Position numbers and translations under genes: made by a program. A stretch of DNA of 64,000 nucleotides. It comes from Candidatus Bathyarchaeota archaeon. Its GTDB lineage: Archaea; Thermoproteota; Bathyarchaeia; 40CM-2-53-6; RBG-13-38-9. The notes below the pieces were generated by a model. That model saw only the letters and a list, made by a program, of their open reading frames with translations. It did not search any database and had not been told where the DNA came from. Positions 10,205 through 20,091 of this stretch are shown piece by piece (the first letter of the stretch is position 1; every line of letters starts with the position of its first letter). The stretch spans positions 704,001 through 768,000 of the forward strand of contig CAWECG010000003.1 of assembly GCA_963807605.1 (NCBI GenBank), in the 5' to 3' direction.

Positions 10205-12064
10205 TTAGGATTGCAGAAATTGCTCTATCTCTGTTTCAGCGTTGTCTGCTTTGATGAATATCGGTACGTTTTCCATTCCTGTTGCCGTATAGCTTGATAG
10301 TAGCCACTCGCCAGGCGCAAACTCCAGTGTCTTTTCAAGTATGCCTTGGTCGATGGTGAAGGTGTTGCTGACGAGGCTTCGATCATACGGTCTGGGCAGG
10401 GGACCAACAAGGTAGGTGTGCAACTGTTGGAGAGCGTTAGTGTTCAAATACGCTATTCTTTGAGTTGCCACGCATCCTCCCAGTCCATATTTTCTGCCCT
10501 GACGGAGCAAAGTCTCGATCTGTGCGGTGCATCTACTCTCAATTCCTCTTGCCTTATCATAAGCTGGAATAAACTCCTGAGCCTCATCGAAGACGAAGAG
10601 TATAGGCGGTTCCACTCTAAATTCACGTTTTCTTCCTATCAGAATCATCTTCGACAGATCTATGGCTAAGGACTTTACAGTGTTCGGATCTACAATAGAG
10701 AGACAGATGATTCTGCAGTCGCCTTCAATAAGCTTGGCTATGGCTTGCGTAGTGTAGCCTTCATCGGTTTCTTCTATCTTCGATGAAAGGCTGTCTTTCA
10801 GTGAGTCCCTCGTCTGCGCCCATGTGTAGAGGCCCCCGCTCTTCCATATCTTGTATTTCTCAACGATGGCAAGGGCTTTTGCGCTTAGGAATTCAACGAA
10901 CTTCTCGTCTATTGATTTTCCGCGCTCGATCTTCTTCTCTCTTAGATATTCTAGTATAGCTCTGTTGATTGCGTCTAATGCTTCGAGGCTTGTGGCTCGG
11001 TCCGAATTCTCTGACCTCAACAGGTCAAGCTGATGAAGGACATCATCATACGTAATCACGCTTGAGATTGCTTCGGCGTAGCATCCGACTTTGTCCTGAT
11101 TCAGTATATCCTCAAAGGTCTTCCTAGCCTTAACATTCTTCTCAAAGCCTCTCGGCTTAACAACAACCTTGTAGAACTGGTCACCATCCTGGACAGGCGT
11201 CTCCAGGATGATCTTCGAAGGAATCTTTGGGTCTGAAAGTACGTCTTGGAGAAGGAACGGGTACTCCATGGACACGTCGAAGATAACGATCTTCGTATCT
11301 TTGGTGTGATAGATCAGTCTGCGCAGAATACTCGATAGGAGATTCGATTTTCCGGCACCCGTGAACGCAAAGATCCCAAAATGATAACGGACGAGTCTTT
11401 CAAAATCAACATAGATGGGTATCTTCTCTTCTTCATTCTCGAACATCTTGATCGTGCCAAGTCGCGGATCCTCACGTGCAACTGAACTAGTCTTGATCGT
11501 CTTCCACTGGAGGCCCATCCTCTCCAGAACGGGCTTGTTATACATCTGGTGAATAGTATCCTTATTCAGAATGTGAACGCTTTCAGCTATGACCGGGTAG
11601 GTGAAGCCTTTCTGATACTGCGCGTCGCCTCCACCATCAACAATCAGGTCATAATTGAGCGGTATAGCTGCGAGCTGAATCATCATCGTAGCTTTATCGT
11701 CTGTAGCCCAGTCCTCAACCGACTGCTGAATAATCTCAAACTGGTAGGGATAGTAGCTATGTTCAGACAAGCCCGTCAAGCCGTAGTGTTCAGGACTTAT
11801 ACGGGAGATCTCAAGAAGTGTGAATCGTCTTCCGTCGTGGCGGCTAGCCTTGAAGTTGCGCACAGCAAGGAGCATACCTTCCTCAAGTAGGCCCATCAGA
11901 TCCTTCTGATACTCAGCTTTGATCCGACAGTCATATTTGGCTGAGATCCCGGTTGTCTCTGATGGTGCCTCTGTCTTTCTCACGGCTAGAACAGAACTTA
12001 ATCTGGCGATGAATCGGCCGTCGAAATCGGTGAAGAATTTCTTATCATCTGCGTGCGTACTCAA
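10205..12064 (-). CDS. herA: HerA/FtsK-family ATPase
   Basis: Walker A FTGAGKSN, VFDEAQEF, RQGRKYGLG..ATQR; directly downstream of NurA-domain gene. Confidence 0.85.
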   Translation of the reverse strand: MSTHADDKKFFTDFDGRFIARLSSVLAVRKTEAPSETTGISAKYDCRIKAEYQKDLMGLLEEGMLLAVRNFKASRHDGRRFTLLEISRISPEHYGLTGLSEHSYYPYQFEIIQQSVEDWATDDKATMMIQLAAIPLNYDLIVDGGGDAQYQKGFTYPVIAESVHILNKDTIHQMYNKPVLERMGLQWKTIKTSSVAREDPRLGTIKMFENEEEKIPIYVDFERLVRYHFGIFAFTGAGKSNLLSSILRRLIYHTKDTKIVIFDVSMEYPFLLQDVLSDPKIPSKIILETPVQDGDQFYKVVVKPRGFEKNVKARKTFEDILNQDKVGCYAEAISSVITYDDVLHQLDLLRSENSDRATSLEALDAINRAILEYLREKKIERGKSIDEKFVEFLSAKALAIVEKYKIWKSGGLYTWAQTRDSLKDSLSSKIEETDEGYTTQAIAKLIEGDCRIICLSIVDPNTVKSLAIDLSKMILIGRKREFRVEPPILFVFDEAQEFIPAYDKARGIESRCTAQIETLLRQGRKYGLGGCVATQRIAYLNTNALQQLHTYLVGPLPRPYDRSLVSNTFTIDQGILEKTLEFAPGEWLLSSYTATGMENVPIFIKADNAETEIEQFLQS

Positions 12065-13913
12065 CTTCAGCCCTCCGCTCCCGGAAAGTATGCATGTAGA
12101 ATGTGAACCTTCGCAACTTAGGATTATTCATCAGCATATGACCAGTTGCATCTATAAGCCCATTCACCCTTGACCTCTGCCCCTTCGCAATCTTGTCAGC
12201 GATGAATAGAGCTTTGTTGTGTCCGAAGACCTCTGGAATGCTGCGGGCACCCATCGCCTTCAGAATTATCATCACAAGATTCTGCACTTTATTCGGAATT
12301 GTCTTGTCTCGATAGAGAATTGGTTCGATAGGCTCGGTTGCTCCTCCATACCGGTGTTTGAAGGAAACAGTCTGATCACCATCAAATTCAGGATGAACCA
12401 GCCGATCGATGAAGAGAACGTTACTTCGCAGCTGAGGATCACTCTTAGCCTCGTCAAGCTGGACATAGCTCTTAACGAATATCCGTTCAGCAATGATTCG
12501 GTTGCTGATGGCGCCGCTGACGAAGCCTTCTCTACCTTCAAAGTCTGGAACAATCATGCGAAATGCGCAATCATACTCAATGAGACTCCAAGGAGTAGGA
12601 ATCTTATGATAGTTAAAGAGGCTCATCGCCTGAAGAAGCATCCTATCAGTGCTCGGAATATCTGTTAGCCTATCTTTGTCAGCCTTCCACAGACCTGCGT
12701 TCACACAAACGGGGACTAGATGGTTCTGGAAATCTCGAGCAGTAGTGTCCTTAGTTATGCCTAGTAAGAGAACCCTGCGTGCCCAACACTCTTCGATAAT
12801 CATATAGAAGCAGTAGAGGGTGAGAAAGGCAAGATCCTGCGTTGTCAACCAGTAATAGTGGTCGCCTTTCTTGATGCGCATGGGGTTGCCTGATGTGGAT
12901 TCGAATAGATTGTCTCCTAAGGTTAGGACAAGTTTCTTGATGCGTTCCCAACTTTTGGCATATCGTGGATTAATTGAATAACTTCCCCCGCTCTCAATAA
13001 GATAGCCTTCATCAACAGACTTGCCAAGGTATTTCAAAAGACGATTTCTGCGTTCTTCACCATCGACTCCCAGCTCTTTGCAGATTTGTTCAGCCTTCAC
13101 TGGTTTCGCTTTCGATTCCAAATAGAAGATGGTTGCGTACCGAATGTAGTCTCCTCTTGCTGGTGGAGTGTGAAGCTTAGAATTAACGACGTGATGTCTA
13201 CCATAGCCCATCTCGTTAATGTCTGTGGGGACGCCGTCGATCTCGAAGCCACAAATAATTCCATCAGTCTTCCAGTGAGAACGCTTGGAAGTATCATACA
13301 TGAGGGCGGTATGCATAGCAGAGAGGCTCCTGTCAAGAAAGAGGATCCTAACATCTTCTTCCACAATCATCTTGTAAGCGAGAAACAACTCTGAAAAGGT
13401 CATAATCCAGTTGGCTATCGTGGAATTGTCAACCACAGCCTGCTCGGTCAGGGCGTCAGTGACAGCCATCAGTCCAGGTTCCGCCGCAGTTGCGATCCTC
13501 TGGTCCACCTCATGGATCCTGTCAACATAAATGGGAATGCAACTCGACACTCCCCGGCCGCGCTCAATGAACCCAGTCGCATACTCTACATGCGGAGGCG
13601 TATTCTCTCTGAACTCCATAGTACCTGACGCCGCGTAGGATCCTCCCCAAAATACTGCCAATCCTGCAACTAGCTGCTGATCTTGAGAACCGTCAACCGC
13701 TGCAAACTTGACACGAGCAGACCCAAACAACCGAAGAGCTGTCTCGTAAGCCTTGGAAACATCGAACCCAGTGACTAGAAGCTCAGATAACAAGCCCTCG
13801 TACAGATCTTTCGCCGATTCGAGTTTGTTCTTAGACTCTTCTACCTGATCTTCAGCTCCCGCTCGAAGAACACTACCTAACCGTTTAACATGCATGCTTA
13901 GAATAGAAGACAT
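12045..13913 (-). CDS. nurA: NurA-domain nuclease, long form with internal wHTH-like insertion
   Basis: FAAVDGS, LFLDRSLS, GITKD, C-terminal GHNKALFIADK; overlaps herA by 20 nt. Confidence 0.75.
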   Translation of the reverse strand: MSSILSMHVKRLGSVLRAGAEDQVEESKNKLESAKDLYEGLLSELLVTGFDVSKAYETALRLFGSARVKFAAVDGSQDQQLVAGLAVFWGGSYAASGTMEFRENTPPHVEYATGFIERGRGVSSCIPIYVDRIHEVDQRIATAAEPGLMAVTDALTEQAVVDNSTIANWIMTFSELFLAYKMIVEEDVRILFLDRSLSAMHTALMYDTSKRSHWKTDGIICGFEIDGVPTDINEMGYGRHHVVNSKLHTPPARGDYIRYATIFYLESKAKPVKAEQICKELGVDGEERRNRLLKYLGKSVDEGYLIESGGSYSINPRYAKSWERIKKLVLTLGDNLFESTSGNPMRIKKGDHYYWLTTQDLAFLTLYCFYMIIEECWARRVLLLGITKDTTARDFQNHLVPVCVNAGLWKADKDRLTDIPSTDRMLLQAMSLFNYHKIPTPWSLIEYDCAFRMIVPDFEGREGFVSGAISNRIIAERIFVKSYVQLDEAKSDPQLRSNVLFIDRLVHPEFDGDQTVSFKHRYGGATEPIEPILYRDKTIPNKVQNLVMIILKAMGARSIPEVFGHNKALFIADKIAKGQRSRVNGLIDATGHMLMNNPKLRRFTFYMHTFRERRAEVEYARR

Positions 13914-14116
13914 TTCTGCCCACCATACTGAATTCCAGCTTAAGTAGACTACTGATCGCTGAAACTAGTCGAGACCGATGTAGAGTAGTGTCTGGCGTAA
14001 AAGATAAGCTATCAGCCATCCAATGCGCGCGTACCAGCAACAAAGAGTCCGCGCAATCTTCAACACACAAAGACTATAGATAGTGTCACTTCATATCCAG
14101 AATTCAGGTGGTCTGC

Positions 14117-14869
14117 ATGAAATTGCAAGGTAAAGTCACAATCATTACGGGCGCTGGGCGTGGCATAGGACGAGCAACAGCAAGAATGTTCGCACAAGAA
14201 GGAGCCAAGATTGTGATAAATTACAGCAAGTCAGAGAAGGAGGCCTACAGCTTGGCTAGCGAGATCGATAATGGAGGCGGAGAAACACTAGTTGTAAAGG
14301 CAGATGTCTCAAAAGCAGATGAAGTCAAGAAGATGATTCAGAAGACCATTGCGAAGTTCGGTCGAATAGATATCCTCGTGAACAATGCAGGCATAGCAAT
14401 CCCCGCAGCCTTCCTTGACTCTACAGAAGAGATTTGGGACCGGACAATGGATGTAAACTTGAAGGGTGCCTATCTATGTTCAAAAGAAGTTGCGCCGATA
14501 ATGCTCAACCAAAAGAGCGGGAAGATAATCAATATAGCTTCGGTTTCTGGAATGGCTGAAAGGACTGCGGTCAATAACACTGCCTACGTCGTCTCCAAGG
14601 CTGGCGTGATAGGTCTAACTCGATCCCTTGCGGTAAATTTGAGTCCACATGTAAATGTCAACGCTATCTGTCCAGGCCTTATCGATACCGATATGGTAGA
14701 AGCCACTTTCACGCCTGAAAAGAAGACAATGGCGATTCAGGAATATCTTCTAAAGAGAATGGGAAAACCGGAAGAAATAGCCAGCGCTGCCCTGTTTTTG
14801 GCATCGGGCGACTCAGACTTCATAACAGGAGAAATACTGACAGTCGCCGGCGGTAAGGCAATGAGATAG
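14117..14869 (+). CDS. SDR family oxidoreductase (FabG-like)
   Basis: TGAGRGIG, NNAG, YVVSK. Confidence 0.95.
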   Translation: MKLQGKVTIITGAGRGIGRATARMFAQEGAKIVINYSKSEKEAYSLASEIDNGGGETLVVKADVSKADEVKKMIQKTIAKFGRIDILVNNAGIAIPAAFLDSTEEIWDRTMDVNLKGAYLCSKEVAPIMLNQKSGKIINIASVSGMAERTAVNNTAYVVSKAGVIGLTRSLAVNLSPHVNVNAICPGLIDTDMVEATFTPEKKTMAIQEYLLKRMGKPEEIASAALFLASGDSDFITGEILTVAGGKAMR

Positions 14870-14924
14870 AACTAATAGTCTATGTCTGCGCCAAACGCGC
14901 GTCTAGAAAACAGCGCTCTCTTCG

Positions 14925-16187
14925 TTACGAAGTCATGTTGCCCTTTGTCTTTGGGTATGGCACCAATAGTATCGTCAGCAAGGCAATCCCAAGCAGTACG
15001 TATGATAGAATGAATGCCCAGTAGTAGCTTTGGTATGCATCGTAGATCAGACCCGCAGCAACTGGACCGGCAGCCCCGCAACCCATGAAAACGAAGTTCA
15101 TTAGGCCAAAAATGACACCGTACGAAACCAAGCCAAAGGTTCTACTTACAGCCAAAGACATGAAAGGTAGCCAGCAACCCATGCTCAGCCCGAATATGAT
15201 GGCATAGAGTATCAGCACGATTATGGGTATTGCTGATTTCATAGTCATTAGTAGTGTGATTGACGTTACCTGAGTGCCGATTCCCATGACGAGAATGTAC
15301 TTCGCCTGTACATGATCACCCAGCCAACCAAAAACAAATTTGCCTACTCCACTGCCAAAACCGGCCAGACTCATGACTGAGGCGGTCGCAGCTATTGGAA
15401 AGCCAATGCCTTGCAGATACGGTACCTGACTTTGTAAGATTGCATTATTAGACACGGTAAATGCGGCCAAGGCAATCATCAACAACCAGAAGGTGGGCGT
15501 TCTCGAAGCCATTTTGAGGTTTAGACCCATCTCAGGCGTAGCAGTTAGCGGGGTCTCATCATTCGTCTGAGGTGTTTCAACACCATCAGGCAGAAGGCCC
15601 ATCTCGGCTGGATTTGATTTGATTATTAGAAGTGCCAAAGGAGCGATAATCAAAGTGGTCAGAAGCCCAGATATGACACAGGTATTCCGCCAACCGAAGG
15701 CAGGAATGAGGAAGGCTCCAATAATCGGTGGCACAACAGAGCCACCGACGCCGATACCAGTGCCCACAATACCGATAGCCCAACCACGTCGTTTCCGAAA
15801 CCATTTACTAATGACCGTGCTTGCCGGCACCACCCCAATGGCAGCGGAACCTACACCCAAGAAAATCGAAAACAAGTAGAATTGCCAAAGTTCTCTAATA
15901 ATACTGATAAGGATGAAGCCAAGTCCCAACAGAGACGCGCCGGCGGCGATAACATTTCTCTCTCCATAACGCGAGATTAACCGACCAATAAAGGGCGAAG
16001 CTACTCCTATCGATAGATAGACTATGGTAATAATAGTCATTATTCCTGCCCTACTCCAAGCAAATTCATCCTGAAGAGGTTTCACGTAAAAACTGAAAGA
16101 ATACATAATGAAGCCATTCCAGAAAATCTGGCATAGAAAGACAAGCAAAATTATCCAGTAACCATAGAAGAACTTCTTTTCAGCCAT
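14925..16187 (-). CDS. MFS transporter (OFA/MCT-like)
   Basis: FFYGYWII start, WFRKRRGWAIG, about 12 TM segments. Confidence 0.9.
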   Translation of the reverse strand: MAEKKFFYGYWIILLVFLCQIFWNGFIMYSFSFYVKPLQDEFAWSRAGIMTIITIVYLSIGVASPFIGRLISRYGERNVIAAGASLLGLGFILISIIRELWQFYLFSIFLGVGSAAIGVVPASTVISKWFRKRRGWAIGIVGTGIGVGGSVVPPIIGAFLIPAFGWRNTCVISGLLTTLIIAPLALLIIKSNPAEMGLLPDGVETPQTNDETPLTATPEMGLNLKMASRTPTFWLLMIALAAFTVSNNAILQSQVPYLQGIGFPIAATASVMSLAGFGSGVGKFVFGWLGDHVQAKYILVMGIGTQVTSITLLMTMKSAIPIIVLILYAIIFGLSMGCWLPFMSLAVSRTFGLVSYGVIFGLMNFVFMGCGAAGPVAAGLIYDAYQSYYWAFILSYVLLGIALLTILLVPYPKTKGNMTS

Positions 16188-16351
16188 GCCCTTTCGTCCG
16201 ACAGCCTGAACTAAAAAGCCTTCGCGCGCCTATCATCGCGCGCGCAAATCCCCATAGTTCGTTTAGCATTATCTTGACGACGATGCCGCTCATATCATTG
16301 AGTGTGTGCGAGTGGCAACCTTGATTTAGAAAAACGTTTTCCCAACAAGCG

Positions 16352-16684
16352 TTACTGCTCTAAATCTTTCTTCATTTCCAAAAATTCTTCTCTGCTAATT
16401 TCGCCCCTAGCGTACCTTCTTCTGAGAATTCTAATCTCACGCTCTCCATCCCAATGTCCATGATGCCATGGCCATCTGAATATCCAACTGAGGAACCAAA
16501 GTAGAAATAAGAGCGCTACTAGTTTCCAAATCCAGCTTGAAAAGAGTACCGGCTGTTGAGCCCCGCCGAATATTCCATTAGAAATAACACCAAGTATTAT
16601 TGCAATGACAATCAGGCCAAATGCTATTCTGAAAACAAAGGTCATCCAAAATCTTCCAGAGAACCAATCATCTTCATGTACCAT
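16352..16684 (-). CDS. SHOCT-domain membrane protein
   Basis: 2 TMs plus ILRRRYARGEISREEF. Confidence 0.85.
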   Translation of the reverse strand: MVHEDDWFSGRFWMTFVFRIAFGLIVIAIILGVISNGIFGGAQQPVLFSSWIWKLVALLFLLWFLSWIFRWPWHHGHWDGEREIRILRRRYARGEISREEFLEMKKDLEQ

Positions 16685-16789
16685 GTTTTGAGTTGGGCAG
16701 CCATTCCTTAAAAATACATCGAAGTTGACGCACGTAGGGTCGATTCAAATGCTTCAAACTTGAATGTTGCATTGAGCTAGGCGGGCGCG

Positions 16790-17569
16790 TTATTGTATCA
16801 CGAAGAAGTGGAAGAGAACAACAAGAAGAATACGGTAAACGCCGAAAGGAATGAAATTTCTCTTCCCCACATAACCTATGAAAAGTCTGATCGCAACAAG
16901 GGCGACCAAGAAAGATATGACGAACCCTGTCAAGATCATACCAACCTGACCTGACGAAAATTCTCCTGCAGAGTTTACCAAGTCAAATCCAGAAGCAGCT
17001 ATCATCGTAGGAACAGCTAACAAGAAAGAGAACAGCACCACTGTCTTTCGCTTCATTCCTAGCGCTAATCCACATATGATCGTGGGTGCAGATCTTGAGG
17101 TACCTGGTATGATGGCGATGGACTGAAGAAGCCCGATAAGCAAACAATACTTGTATGGTATTCTAGAAATGTCATCTAATGTTGATCTTTCACGATAGAA
17201 CAGTTCAAAGATTACCAGAAATACTCCACCAAGCAGAAGCGCCCACAGTACGACCTGCGAATTACCTAACAGTACCCCTTTGTAAATCCTGTAAAGTGCA
17301 AATCCGATAATCGCTGTAGGCATAAAAGCCACGATTATGCGTTTCAAGATATTCCAGTCAAGAAAGCGTCTCCAATAGGAAACGACCACGGCGAGAATCG
17401 AACCAAACTCAAGCGATAACTCATAACTCTTAACGAACTCAGTCTGTGCAATCTTCAGAATCGCTGCTGCCAGAATCATGTGGCCACTGGAAGATACAGG
17501 TAGGAACTCTGTGAGTCCTTGAATGATTGCCAGAATAATAGCACTTATTATGTCCATGACTTTATGCAT
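16790..17569 (-). CDS. uppP: Undecaprenyl-diphosphate phosphatase (BacA family)
   Basis: QGLTEFLPVSSSGH, PGTSRS, F..YR motifs. Confidence 0.9.
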   Translation of the reverse strand: MHKVMDIISAIILAIIQGLTEFLPVSSSGHMILAAAILKIAQTEFVKSYELSLEFGSILAVVVSYWRRFLDWNILKRIIVAFMPTAIIGFALYRIYKGVLLGNSQVVLWALLLGGVFLVIFELFYRERSTLDDISRIPYKYCLLIGLLQSIAIIPGTSRSAPTIICGLALGMKRKTVVLFSFLLAVPTMIAASGFDLVNSAGEFSSGQVGMILTGFVISFLVALVAIRLFIGYVGKRNFIPFGVYRILLVVLFHFFVIQ

Positions 17570-17779
17570 CCCACCGATTGTTTTCGTATGAAGGAAATAC
17601 TACGCGACATAAAAGCTCAGCTGAACTGATAATTGTCGTACTTGCTTCTTGTGCGTGTCAAGAAACGATCCAACACTACGCCAAGTCTTTTTTGCATACC
17701 ACACGTATACGTAATCGCCTAAAGAGGAAGCTCATAGTAAACTACATATTTCACTCGAATGCATTCCGTACTGATTGCT

Positions 17780-18172
17780 ATGGCTTTTGAACAAGAGATG
17801 TTGGAAGAGTTAAGAAAGATCCGTGAAGCAGTGTCGCCAAAACCCGCTCCACCCGAAACTCCGCCCAAAGGAGTCTGGGCAGAATTCTTGGATTTCATTG
17901 GAAAAGCAGGCGTCTTGGGTCTGGCGGTAGGCTTCATCATGGGCACCTACATCGGCAAGGTAGTCTCAGCGCTAGTGAGCGATATCATCATGCCGGTCCC
18001 GGGGGCCTTTGTGGGCAACGGAGACTGGCGGAAAGCAGTCCTGCAACTGCCGATTGCTAATGGAATGAACTTCGCTCTCGGCGACTTCGTAGGGGTCATT
18101 ATAGACTTCCTGATCGTTGCCGCTGTTATCTTCTTCATCGTAAAATATGCGAAGAAGATCGGGTTGAAGTAA
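17780..18172 (+). CDS. mscL: Large-conductance mechanosensitive channel family
   Basis: EF..F....V.GLAVGFI.G, LVSDIIMP, G.F...IIDFLIVA. Confidence 0.85.
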   Translation: MAFEQEMLEELRKIREAVSPKPAPPETPPKGVWAEFLDFIGKAGVLGLAVGFIMGTYIGKVVSALVSDIIMPVPGAFVGNGDWRKAVLQLPIANGMNFALGDFVGVIIDFLIVAAVIFFIVKYAKKIGLK

Positions 18173-18431
18173 CTTAAGGACTAAGGAGCGCGCGCGATCG
18201 AACCGTAGCATTTACACCAATCTTTGCAAAATCAATTACGTAGTGAATTTAGAAATCTCGCTTGGGCATGATATCAGAGTGTTTTTACAGTGAGCTGACT
18301 TCGAGACCTTTCACGTAAAAGCCGTTGTCACCTTGCTTTTCTTCATGCCATAGACGTAAACACGTGCCCTTCGTGTGTTCTTTGTAAGTCTTAAGAAGTC
18401 ATGAGAGGATAAGGTTGGGCGGTAGATACGT

Positions 18432-18890
18432 TTGCCTACTTGCAACAAATGTGGAACATACAATGCGGATGGATCTAGTTTCTGTATGAATTGCGGATCA
18501 AATCTACTGACGAAAGTTGTATATCCACAGTCAACACAGCCTCAAGAACCCTATGGTAAAGATAGCGTCACAATAGATCATCCTCTCAAACTTACTATTG
18601 AATTTCAGGAACCTGCCTCTAGGCTTGAGTTATTTGTAAGAATAATCCTCCTAATCGTATATGGGATAGTTGCAGGTGTCTGGGGATTCATTGCTGAACT
18701 AGTGACCATCATCCAGTGGTTTTACATTCTGATCAAGGGCAAAAGAAGTCTGCGCTTATGGAATTTTGTCCTAGGTTACTTCAGCTACAGTGCTAGGGTG
18801 TCAAGCTACAGCCTCTTACTGACGGACAGGAGACCGCCGATCAGCGCGCACGCGCTTCGACTCACTGGTACATTGAAAAAGAGAAACTAA
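18432..18890 (+). CDS. Zinc-ribbon + DUF4389 membrane protein; 3' end joined at a CG motif
   Basis: CNKCG..FCMNCG; SRLELFVR..QWFYIL..G.R..LTDRRPPIS followed at once by AGCGCGCACGCGCT. Confidence 0.75.
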   Translation: MPTCNKCGTYNADGSSFCMNCGSNLLTKVVYPQSTQPQEPYGKDSVTIDHPLKLTIEFQEPASRLELFVRIILLIVYGIVAGVWGFIAELVTIIQWFYILIKGKRSLRLWNFVLGYFSYSARVSSYSLLLTDRRPPISAHALRLTGTLKKRN

Positions 18891-18897
18891 TCTCCTA

Positions 18898-19569
18898 GTG
18901 ATGGATGAAATAAACGTGACCTTCACGGGCCTTTGGCGCGCCCGCATACTCCTATTACCAGGGGGCCGCGACACTTATCGTGGCCAGGTTCTGCAAGAAA
19001 TGTGGCAAGAAACATTAGTTCACACACGAGTGCGTGCTGACGAGATAAGGAGTCTATTACTAAAGGACTACGTGAGCTATCTAAAGGAACATCGATGGGG
19101 GATTATAGACGGTGTAATTCTACAGCCTCTGGTGTATCATGTCTTAACAAAACTGGAAAACAGTTATGCTACGATTGCCGCTCTGCTCCTATACTTACCA
19201 TTCAAGATAGTAAAACTTCGCAGCACTTTCTTAGTGGCATACCGAGATTCTAGAGATCTTAGTGACTACAGAAGAATTGTGAGATATCTTATTATTTTAC
19301 CAAGGGAGTTTGCTGGTTTCATTGCAAGTTATGGCGTAGATGCTATTCTGCATTACTCTTTTCTTAGGAACGTATTCAATTCCTTTGGCATTAGAAGTGC
19401 TTTGGAAGTAGGTGAAAAAACGACGGCTGATACAGTCACTTCTAGCAGTGAAACTTTTGAGAGATTTTTTGTTGAGGAATTGCCAGGGGCTCTTGAAAGA
19501 GTAACCAGCAACGTTGTTACACATCCTTTCACAATCAAACTGGTAAAAATAATCAGGGGACTTCGATAA
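18898..19569 (+). CDS. Hypothetical protein (true start probably near 19030)
   Basis: 223-codon ORF; its 5' part crosses a CG motif and a zinc-ribbon relic in another frame. Confidence 0.45.
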   Translation: MMDEINVTFTGLWRARILLLPGGRDTYRGQVLQEMWQETLVHTRVRADEIRSLLLKDYVSYLKEHRWGIIDGVILQPLVYHVLTKLENSYATIAALLLYLPFKIVKLRSTFLVAYRDSRDLSDYRRIVRYLIILPREFAGFIASYGVDAILHYSFLRNVFNSFGIRSALEVGEKTTADTVTSSSETFERFFVEELPGALERVTSNVVTHPFTIKLVKIIRGLR

Positions 19570-19714
19570 CGCATTAATGTGTTCACGCGTGTGTATCAAA
19601 GGATAGACAAGAAAGCCGTGAAAACATAAAACAATGAAGCCAGTATCTGATGGTCTAGATATGTCAACCTAGGTCGGTACTGAACTATGGGCCCCTAATA
19701 TTCTAGCGCGCGCG

Positions 19715-20078
19715 CTTTACGTCCTCCTCCCTGAAGGGGTTTATCTGTATGATGCGAAAGGGAATCAGCTAACACCCGTGCTGGCTGAAGACCTTCGAAC
19801 AAAGGCGACGACTCAGGAATTTATGAAAGAAGCGCCAGTACATCTACCTTTGTTGCAGACTACGCCAAATTTAGAATGATTCCCAGTCCCAGAAGGAGCT
19901 TTATTCTGCCGTTCACACGGGGTTTATCGGCCAGAATGTGTACCTGTATTGCACCTCCGAAGGACTAGGCGCCCGCTTCTATGCTAGCATTGACCAAGCT
20001 TCACTGAAAGATAGTTTGAAACTCCGGGAGGATCAAGCAATCGTTTTTGCTCAAGCAGTTGGGTATCCGAAAGAATAA
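19715..20078 (+). pseudogene. 5'-truncated SagB/ThcOx-type nitroreductase with 2 frameshifts
   Basis: LYVLLPEGVYLYDAKGNQL..EDLR..APVHL / FVADY / YSAVHTGFIGQNVYLYCTSEGLG...IVFAQAVGYPKE*; begins right at TAGCGCGCGCGC. Confidence 0.8.
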
Positions 20079-20091
20079 TGCGCACACGCAC

